A DNA stretch of 15,198 bases from Selaginella moellendorffii. Taxonomy: Eukaryota; Plantae; Lycopodiophyta. Numbering within the stretch: the first letter of the stretch is position 1; each line of letters begins with the position of its first letter. Of this stretch, positions 1 to 8,180 are shown one piece after another. The stretch is from positions 321,458 through 336,655 of the forward strand of contig NW_003314328.1 of the NCBI RefSeq assembly GCF_000143415.4. The letters are read 5' to 3'. A program made the position numbers and the translations under genes. A model generated the notes under the pieces. The model searched no databases. It was not told the origin of the DNA and saw only the letters and a list, made by a program, of their open reading frames with translations.

Positions 1-1176
1 CTATCTGTTGCATCGCCAAGCTAGAATGCTGCCCGGAGACGGCATAGAACCGGACGTTCTGATCGTCCAACACCTTCCTATTGATCAAGTCTGGAAACCT
101 CGTCTCGCCCTTCATTGTTCGGTAGTAGGGGATCACGTCTGCGATGTCGGGTGTTACTGGACTTGCCAGCATCTTCTGCTTCAGTTTCTCCACCCACTCA
201 TCAGATACTAGACTGTGGTTGTATTTGCTTTGGATCTCGATACGGCTCACGTCGATTGTATATACTTTGTTGGAATAGTAACAAGTACTATTATCTGCGA
301 CGATTTTTGCTGCCTCTTCTTGCTCTTTCTGCTCTTTGCGGCTCTTCTTTTTGGTGGGTGTAGTGTTCGAACCCGAGGCAATGGCATCACCGAGTAGCTT
401 CTTTTTTGGAGCAGCAGAGTCGGACGTCGGCTTGAGCTTGACCACCCTTTTCTGCTTCGGGGTAGTTTCCAGATCGACCCCCTTCCCCTTCGCTTCGCAA
501 ACTGGAGGCACTCTCAACGGCTCAATGTTGGAATATAGTTTTTGAACATCGCCGTAGGTGAGGTCCGTGGATTCCATGTGATCTTCATAGACCCGCAGCG
601 TCTTTGAAATTGTGGGCCTCCTGGACAACCTCTCCCTAGCTCCCTCTAGGAATTCCTCATAGCCGCTGCCCCCCTCCGGGAAGCCGCTAGGATGTGCAAG
701 GTGGATCTTGAAGGCGGACGCTGTCTCTACCACAAGTGCCAGTCCATATTCTTGCATGGAACTGCATGGAGTGTCTGTCACTTGGATGAGGATCCCCATG
801 CATTCTTTTCTCCCACCATCTGTGTTGTACAGCATCAGATCCTCGCCTTCCATCCCGAAAGTCCAACTGGTGAGCTCCTCCCCCTTCTCTGCATCCACAT
901 TGACAGTGGCTGGAAGAAGAACGCAATTCCTTGCCTGTTCAAAAATGCACAACAATTAGAGCTGACAGATGAAAAGCTAGCAGCTGGAAATAACGTGAGG
1001 CCACACGCCATTCACCACTGCATCAGATGTCTTGAGGCTGCATCCTAAGATGGCGTGAGGCTACACGCCATCTGTAACCGGACTGCACTCGAGAGCCCAA
1101 TCGGTGCATGCCAATGTTGCTACTGAATGGCATGTGGCCTCATGCCATTTTCTACTTCGTCTAAAAGACTTACCAT
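1..1176 (-). CDS. Partial gene (3' end outside window), join(1176..1174, 934..<1): protein with a Lys-rich linker and a putative ParB/Sulfiredoxin-like domain
   Basis: Manual translation gives ATG|GTAAGT at 1176-1168 and TTTTTGAACAG|GCA at 945-932, in phase 0. The frame stays open from 934 to the window edge: MARNCVLLPATVNVDAEKGEELTSWTFGMEGEDLMLY...PKQKRVVKLKPTSDSAAPKKKLL...TPTKKKSRKEQKEQEEAAK...VYTIDVSRIEIQSKYNHSLVSDEWVEKLKQKMLASPVTPDIADVIPYYRTMKGETRFPDLINRKVLDDQNVRFYAVSGQHSSLAMQQI. The Y-x-x-x-G-Q-H-x-x-x-A segment (46-14) resembles the ParB/Srx y.iidGqHR..A motif. The ORF is absent from the track because it has no stop inside the window. Confidence 0.8.
935..1173 (-). other. Spliceosomal intron (239 bp) directly after the start codon
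   Basis: Consensus donor GTAAGT (1173-1168), CTAAT branch-like motif, T-rich tract and CAG acceptor (937-935). Splicing gives ATG GCA in frame. Confidence 0.7.
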
Positions 1177-1402
1177 TTGAAGCCGAATGGAGGCCGTGAC
1201 AATCGAGGCCGGACTCGCTGGCGAATGTGCACTGTGTGTGCAGCGGATCGTAGCAGCAAGGCTACTCTGCCACTTACAGTTGGAGAGTGGTGCTGAAATC
1301 TCCCGGGACGCCAAGTGGGCTGCGTGTGGGTGGTGGAGTGGGTGGCGGAGTTGGCGGCGAAGTTACAAACTGGGTGTGTCTTGAAGTGGACGCTGATGCA
1401 CA

Positions 1403-1558
1403 CGAGCGCGATGCGAGCGCGAGTGTGATGCAAGCGCGAGTGGACGCCGATGCACACGAGAAACCTGTAGAGAAGTGAGCGTGATCGCGAGTGGGAGCGC
1501 GATGCGAGCGGGAGCGCGAGTGTGATGCGAGCGCGAGCGCGAGTGTGCGAGCGCGAGT
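1403..1558 (+). repeat. CpG-rich low-complexity GCGAG/GCGAGT/GATGCGA tract in the 5' region of the minus-strand gene
   Basis: Repeated gcgagcgcgagtgtgatgcga-like units are directly visible. They generate the spurious Arg/Ser/Ala-rich ORFs in the track. Confidence 0.85.
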
Positions 1559-1876
1559 ACAAAGCAAAATGCAAAACCTAACCTCACACGCGCGAAATGT
1601 CACAACGGTTGGTAATCCCGCCACATCATCATTCCTCGGACTTGGGCGCCACCATTAATTTCTGGATTGCCGCGCGCATGCAAGCACGCAAAATCCAAAA
1701 GAAATCCGCAACGTCATCATTCCTCGGACTGCATGCACGCGAAATCCAAAAGAAAGATCATGATTGGGATATCATTTAATACCCTCGCTATATTTATACC
1801 ATGCATGATTGGATATTCCAAAGCATCTTGTATTTCCAAAAATGGCAGATGTTCAGCTAAATAAAGAAATTCTATC

Positions 1877-3275
1877 TGTTTCTATTTTTCTCTCAAATCA
1901 ATATTATAGCGTGTGGGCTCATGCAATTTTGAACCAAAGAAACCCAAAAAACGTTGGACCCAAAATATTTTGAAAAAACCCAAAAAACCCTAAACATTTT
2001 AAACCCAAAAATCCAGGCGTCCTGTGGCGTTATTCCTTGAATGGCGTGTGGGCGCATGCCATTTTCAGGGCCAAATGCTGAATGGAGAAAAATTCCCTTT
2101 CAGTGCAAATGCTGCAAGAGGCAGATGCCGAGCACAAAGGACTGTAACTACCTCACATGACACAGATAAACTTTTCTCTATTTGGCAAAGATAAACTTTA
2201 TAGCGTGTGGGCTCATGCAATTTTGAACCCAAAAAATGCACCAAAAAATTCTCGGCGTCATCTGGCGTTATCTCTTGAATGGCGTGGGGCCGCATGCCAT
2301 TTTCAGGGGCACATAGGAGTATATTCCTAGGATATTCTGACACGCGCGAGATTTTTTTGAGTTTTCTGGAGATCCAACCGTTAGATCGCAACTAGATTTT
2401 ACAGAATGGTATACAATGTCTTTCTTGATGACTCTGCAAAGAAGCATCTCAATCGGACACCACATGAGACCACACGAGCCTTACAATGTTTCAGGGGCAT
2501 TTGCCATAGATCCGACCGTTATTTTGCTCCAAGATTTCACAGTTTGGTGTGCATTGACCTTTTCATCGACACTGCAAAGGGACATCACAATCAGATGCGG
2601 GATCACAAGAAACTAACTTCACTAACTCTGGTTTCACCAAGATCTACGTAAGGAGTTATGAAATGAAAGGACCCTCTCTATTGAAATGTGTTTATGGTCC
2701 TAGGGGCATTGTGACATATCAAAGGATTTTGCATCAAGTTCTGTATTTGCATGTTTATCAAGCTACTGAATTGCTAAACCCTAAACCCTAAACCCTAAAC
2801 CCTAAACATGTGGCAAATGCTGCGTGAAGAAAGATGCCCTTTCTGGGCAAATGCTGTAAGAGGCAGATGCCGAGCAGATGTATCTCAGGCTAGCGAAGGG
2901 GACGAACGAAAGCTAGCTATAAACATGACGGGATGCAAATAGATTACTAGGCTGGTCCTACGAAAATCAAAAACCATAATTGAAAACATTGAAAATGCAA
3001 AAAGAAAGGTTTATAATATTTTTGAATTTTAGGCAACCAAAGGAATGTAAGTAGGGCATGTGTTTGTAAGTTTAAAAATGCCTCAACCACTTAAATTCCC
3101 AAGTAAATAAAGCTGTTTCTATTTTTGGTACAGGTAAACTTTATAGCGTGTGGGCTCATGCAATTTTGAACCCAAAAATGCACCAAAAAATGCTCGACTA
3201 GCATTATTCTTTGAATGGCGTGTGGCCTTATGTCGAGCATTATTCTTTGAATGGCGTGTGGCCTTATATTGCCAT
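1877..3275 (+). repeat. Three diverged copies of a ~140-190 bp module, each carrying at least two palindromes
   Basis: Copies at ~1877-2070, ~2173-2309 and ~3114-3275 share TTATAGCGTGTGGGCTCATGCAATTTTGAACC, an ACCAAAAA-rich spacer and TTGAATGGCGTG. The third copy has an internal 36-bp tandem duplication (3200-3267). Confidence 0.85.
2774..2807 (+). repeat. Interstitial plant-type telomeric repeat, (CCCTAAA) about 4.8 copies
   Basis: ctaaaccctaaaccctaaaccctaaaccctaaac, the reverse complement of TTTAGGG. Confidence 0.95.
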
Positions 3276-3639
3276 AAATGGACGTACACACACAGCGTAA
3301 TTATTCCTTTACACGGCGAATAATCTTGGCGCGGATCGCTGACATGGCATGGCAAAGTTCGAATCACTGACATGGCACAGCTGGATCGAGGCAAGGACAT
3401 GATGTGACAAAGTTCAACCTCCGACAGCAAAGTCTAGAAGCTACTCAGTTTGAAATTTGTCAGAGGAATCATAAGATCTGGTTTGTCAGAGGATTTGATG
3501 TGACGTTCAAGCGTGTGTTATTTTTGAATTCTCGAACTCATTCCTAGGTCTATCATTTTTGTGCGCCGTGTTCTTGGTTCCGCTGAGCGCAGTGAGCGCT
3601 GCTTGTGTAAGCGGCGTTGTGGGCTGTGGTTTATGCGTC

Positions 3640-3771
3640 TACGAGCGGTTGCGGCATTGCGAGTGCCATTGCGAGCGGCAGTTTATGCGAGTGGCAGTTT
3701 GTGCGAGCGGCGCTACGAGCAGTTGCGGTGTTGCGAGCGGCGCTACGAGTAGTTGCGGTGTTGCGAGCGGC
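3640..3771 (+). repeat. GCGAGCGGC-rich tandem repeat including a 30-bp near-perfect duplication
   Basis: tgcgagcggcgctacgagYagttgcggtgt occurs twice (3702-3761), with shorter related units on either side. Confidence 0.85.
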
Positions 3772-3972
3772 ATTGTCTTTGGTGTGGCTACCGCTTCCTC
3801 TTGATATTCGGCACTTGTGCTTCCTGGTATGTTCACCATGGAATGGCTTAGGACCACATTTAGAAATGGCATGAGGCCACATGCCATCTTGGGCCCTTGC
3901 AATTTCATGGCTAGCGTATTGTCATGTATGTTTTTACTTGCCTGCAGCTGTGTGTATATCAAGATGGCATGA

Positions 3973-4072
3973 NNNNNNNNNNNNNNNNNNNNNNNNNNNN
4001 NNNNNNNNNNNNNNNNNNNNNNNNNNNNNNNNNNNNNNNNNNNNNNNNNNNNNNNNNNNNNNNNNNNNNNNN
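3973..4072. other. Assembly gap (100 N)
   Basis: Exactly 100 N, the usual placeholder for a gap of unknown size. Adjacency of the two sides is not guaranteed. Confidence 1.
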
Positions 4073-4271
4073 GAGCCGAGAGCACCAAAGTCGGTTTACC
4101 TTCGGGGAGTGGGAGCTCTTCTTGAGCACTTCCGTAGGTGGCCCCCTCCGGCACCACTTGAGTCCATGCTCACTCCCACCCAAGGTCTTAAGCCCTAGCC
4201 TCAACCTCAAGTCAATTTGGAAGCACCATTGGAGAGTTCCTTCAAGACTAGTTCCTAGACCTCACTATCCC

Positions 4272-4612
4272 TACTCGGTCTCGGACTCGATCTCAGACTT
4301 GATCTTGGACTTGACCTCAGACTTGGTCTTGGACTCAACCTCGGTTTTGGACTTGACCTTAGTTTCGGATTCGATCTCAAACTCGATCTCAGACTCGACC
4401 TCAAACTTGGTCTCGTACTTGATCTCAGACTCGGTCTTGGACCCAATCTCGGATATTGGACTTGGTCTCGAATTCAGTCTTGGACTTGGTCTCGAACTCG
4501 GTCTCGGACTCGGTCTCGAACTTAGTATTGGAGTCAGTCTTGGACTCAATCTCGAACTCGATCTTGAACTCAGTCTCAGAGTTGGTCTCTGACTCAATCT
4601 CGGACTCGGTTT
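4272..4612. repeat. Degenerate 12-bp (2 x 6 bp) tandem array, unit approximately RACTYGRTCTYR, ~28 units
   Basis: gactcggtctcg / gacttgatcttg / aactcgatctca units. Variation is mostly C/T and G/A transitions. The array gives E/S/T/K-, R/P/S- and L/G/E-repeat ORFs in several frames. Confidence 0.9.
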
Positions 4613-5154
4613 CATCCGATGAATTTTTTATCATTTTGGTGTGCTTTCGGGGATCCTCTAGCCTACAACACCTCGGGGAGTTGGTTCCTTACAACTTCAG
4701 CACCCATAGAAGAAGTTCAATGCTCACATCAAACATTGCTTTTTTAATCCTACGAGTTGTTGACCATGCCTCCGGGGGCATCGCCCCACTTAGCAGTGTG
4801 CCTAAGTTAGCCTCCCCAACCAAGAGCCCATAACAATGAGATATAGGTGTCCTTATACTCTTCACCTTACCATGCCCTAGTATGGGGTTGGGATTTGAAC
4901 CCAACCTTGCTTTACTAAAGGGTTGGGATTCGAACCCAACGTCTGTAAAATACATCTACGAATTCAACATCCCTACAGGGAGTCAGGCATAATTCCCTAT
5001 GCCTGATCGACCTAGTTAACCCATGCTAATTAGCTTACCTTCGGCGCGCCTTCGGGTCCCAACATATGACATTGCTCAATTTCTCAAATAGATTGAATAA
5101 ATAAAGTTCAATAAATAAATTGAACTTTGCATAAATATATAGAATTCTACATTG

Positions 5155-5660
5155 CCAAAATTCCTCCACTAGATCTTGCGTGTTCACTAGGTTCCCCTTT
5201 AGTTCCCATATTGTTTTACAATGTGGAAATCCTTTTCACTTCACATAAAACTCCCTCACCTTGCGTTTTTGTCACTTACTCTTGAGTGCATTAAGGATGG
5301 CTTCGACTTTGTATTCCTCTTCCCCTTGGATAATTTTAGGTAGAGGTCTTACTTGGTCTTTGCAAAGCGGATCCTCAAAGTATGGCTTGAGTAAATTTAT
5401 GTGGAACACAAGGTGCATCTTCTCCATCTCCCGAAGAAGTTGGAGGCAGTATGCCACCTTACCAATTCGAGCCTTAATATCATAAGACCCTACAAACTTG
5501 CTTTAAGGAATTTAAGATTAGTTTCATTTCCAAAAATACATGCATTTTACCTTTGGGTCAACTTCTGGTTGATCCCATTTGGTAACTTTAGGTTCTTGGT
5601 GTTTAGCCACACCAGGTTGGAACTCTACATCCTAGTGCTTTTGGTTTGCATGTTATATAA
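5155..5660 (-). mobile_element. Degenerate Ty3/Gypsy chromovirus pol 3' end: integrase C-terminal GPY/F module plus chromodomain
   Basis: Minus-strand translation: ANQKH*DVEFQPG/VWLNTKNLKLP...SKFVGSYDIKARIGKVAYCLQLLREMEKMHLVFHINLLKPYFEDP...IIQGEEEYKVEAILNALKSK*QKRKVREFYVK*KGFPHCKTIWELKGNLVNTQDLVEEF. This matches KF.GPY....RIG.VAY.L.LP....HPVFHVS.LK.Y followed by the chromodomain EYEVE.IL...Y.VKWKGF....TWE...NL. Several stops and frameshifts are present. Confidence 0.92.
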
Positions 5661-6365
5661 GCTCTTATGTTTTGGACTTCCTAGGAGGTCACCCAACCCA
5701 GTACTATTCAAAAAATATCCCAAAACCCTTAACTGATTTAAAAAGGGGGTGCACTCTTGTTCATGAGCCCTTTCCTTCTATATTTGAACCCCATGGATCA
5801 TTTTTTAAATCATTCTCTTTGGTTGTTTATATAAAGCTAATTTGGCCAGAAAAGGCCAGTGCGACCAAAGAACGTTATACCTATGTGTTGGGTGATGATA
5901 TAATCATTAAGGAGTCCAAGGCTAGAGTGAATACGGACAGATAAACAGGGTAGCTTAGTGAAGTGTTCAAAAGCCAACTCTAGCTCCCCCGGGAGGTCAA
6001 ATGGTCGATGCTCCCAATCTGGCATTACCTACTTGGATGGCTAGCATTGCTCATTAGAACCTCGCTCTAGCCACATGGCCAAGGCACCCAAAGACGAAAG
6101 GTGGGGAGAGTACCTACGAGGCCCATGTAGGGCCACGGTGTTTTGAAGTGTCATCCCAAAGTCCCAGACTATGGAAAAAAAAGGAGTAATCCTCTTGTGT
6201 AGTATGACCAAGGATACAATCACATGGTGAGGAAGTCCTAGATGTCAATGGGACTTTGTTATCATGGAAAAACGAGTGTGACGGAGAAAAGAAGGAAACA
6301 AAGGGGAAAAGCAAAAAGGGCTTGGAATGGTGAAATTGCGAATTGGTTGGCTTAGTTGAGTATTT

Positions 6366-7150
6366 GGTCACCAGTTGGATTACAAGTCCAATAAGAATAG
6401 AAAGAGAGGCTACACAATTGGCCGGTCATACAACTCCTCGATCCACACTAAGAACTTGGCTGTCAACAAAACTGAAGGTGGGCAAGGATGGCACAGGCCA
6501 CAGAATCAACAAAAACCCAGAACAAGTGAATGCATTGGTACAACAGAAAGTAAAACTGAGTGAAAACTAAATGTATCTCGGTGTCGATCCCGGAACACAG
6601 AGTAGGAAGTCAAATCTCACAAGCAGTTGATAGAGAAAAGTTTTACAGAGCTTTCCTTTGTGCAGAGTAGAGATGGGATAAAATTCTCACTCTCACAACT
6701 AGCCTATTTATACTAAGTCCTTGGCAACCGTGTCCGTGCTTGTCGCCATGGTCCTTTCAGGTTTGTGTCTGCAGTATGGATGTTGTCATCTGGCAACTGC
6801 TCCTGCTAACCGCTCCCGGGTCATTTGTACCCATCTGGTGTTCGAGTCTGTTGTAGAGTTGCTGCTGTAGAGTGTCGAACCGAGATCGCTGAGAAATTGA
6901 AGTTGGAGTCGTTGGGTTGGAACTTGGGCAGTTTGACCTTGAGTCCAACTGTTTGGGACTTAGCGGCATTTTGATGTTTGAACTTGTGCTGCCGAATATT
7001 CCTTCCGTCTGACTTTTTCCTTTATCACGCTCCTAGACTTAAACGAAACTCTGTCCTTGGAGTGTGTCGACTGCTTGATCAATGTGCCTTCCTTTTGTAC
7101 TTTTTGTTCAGTTTTATGTGAAGCAATTTTCTCATGTAAATAGTTTTCTT
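6366..7150 (-). mobile_element. Putative LTR-like segment (boundaries uncertain)
   Basis: On the minus strand, TATAAATAG (6712-6704) is followed by ~330 bp of T-rich non-coding sequence ending CA (6377-6376), then 2 nt and TGGTGACC (6373-6366), a PBS-like start. No partner LTR was found in the window. Confidence 0.35.
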
Positions 7151-7158
7151 TATTTCTC

Positions 7159-8180
7159 TTAGGTTCGAGCAGAAAGGAACTTAATAGACCTGACAGAAGT
7201 GAGCTTGTATTGGGTGAATTCCCCCTCTCAGTGTCCCTTGGTGCGAACAGGAGGGCACGGCATGTTACTGAAAAACTGCTCATACCATGCATTGGTCTCT
7301 CGGAGTTGGCGCAACTCCTCGTGCTTGTCTTCAGGCAGATCCGTGGTGGTAGGAAGGTGCTCCAACAGATTGGTGATGGCTGTGAGGAGCTGTTCGTGGT
7401 GTTCTTCGATGAACTTCTGTACTCCAATCAGATGCCCCTCGAACTGGGACACTTTCTCCTCCATCGTACGGAGTCTTCCTTCCAACTTCTGCCCGATCTC
7501 CTCTTCGTGGGCCAGCGTCAGTAAGATCTGTGCCATATCCTTGTACTGTCAGTGACGAGAAGGTTGAGCTTCTTGGCATGGTTCCTCTCGGCCATCACCA
7601 CAGTGTTCGCGGTGTTCACCCTTGCCGTTGTGGGGTGGGGAACGTGCTCACTTGCGCGTCTCATCCTGCCGACTTGATGGGCACTCCACCTCCATGGGTC
7701 GCACGTCGGGTACAGCCTCCTGCTGTCTGTTCTCCAGCAGTGGTGCTGGTGGTACACGCTCCAACACCTGATGTCGTCCCATCTCCTCTTTGGCGTTTGG
7801 GTCGGTTGGATGGAGCAATACTTGGGCAGGCTCCGGTTCTTGAGCGAACCCACCCCACGGGTCCGCTGTAACTTCCTCCTCCCATCCTTCCTGGTGGTGC
7901 TCTTGTTCTGTATCTGTCACCTCCGTGGCTCCGACTACCGGTATCTAGAAAGGTGGTGCAGAATTCCATAGGGGAGTTGGGGAGTTTGCAGAAGCGGGGT
8001 GGACAGGTATTACCTCGATGTGAGCTCCTCGGGGTGTAGTGGGCAATTGCACTGCTGCTGAGCCGCCTGCTCCTCGGCCTCCCGCTTTCTTGGCCCTCGG
8101 CTCCACTGGTGCTTTTCCTGTCCTCGCGCTGCGAACTGCTTGTGCACTTATAGGGAGTTTCCTTTCTTGATTTACTTGCC
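7159..8180 (-). pseudogene. Decayed ~340-codon ORF with a disordered N-terminus and coiled-coil C-terminus; probably a retrotransposon accessory or gag-like ORF
   Basis: Track ORFs 7648..7920 and 7228..7536 share one frame, which continues upstream as ...RSARTGKAPVEPRAKKAGGRGAGGSAAVQLPTTPRGAHIEVIP.... The only interruptions are TAG 7947-7945, TGA 7650-7648, TGA 7551-7549 and TGA 7230-7228, and the frame ends at TAA 7161-7159. The stretch EEEIGQKLEGRLRTMEEKVSQFEGHL is heptad-like. Confidence 0.65.

Larger units (their letters stand above)
990..3972. repeat. Dispersed array of a 22-bp imperfect palindrome ATGGCRTGWGGCCWCAYGCCAT
   Basis: Copies at 990-1011, 1050-1071, 1127-1148, 1906-1927, 2041-2062, 2200-2221, 2279-2300, 3143-3164, 3215-3236, 3251-3275 and 3866-3887. 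A half copy at 3964-3972 is cut by the gap, and there is a degenerate copy near 3843. None was seen right of the gap. Confidence 0.9.

Noticed and set aside
8-1048. Plus-strand ORFs 8..211, 115..363, 215..397, 336..545, 692..1048 and 708..959
   Set aside because: They are antisense shadows of the long minus-strand frame and show no protein-like features.
1170-1624. Arg/Ser/Ala/His-rich ORFs over the GCGAG tract
   Set aside because: Produced by low-complexity repeat sequence that lacks stop codons.
2370-2521. Two GATCCRACCGTTA motifs resembling MSA (AACGG) cell-cycle elements
   Set aside because: Short, common in plant repeats and not clearly tied to a transcription start.
990-3972. CRISPR array interpretation of the repeated palindromes
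   Set aside because: Spacing is irregular (36 to >800 bp), orientation is mixed, spacers are themselves repeated, no cas genes are present and the context is eukaryotic.
3639-4592. ORFs spanning the N gap (3639..4157, 3881..4198, 3924..4592, 3959..4210)
   Set aside because: Artefacts of translating through Ns and the tandem array.
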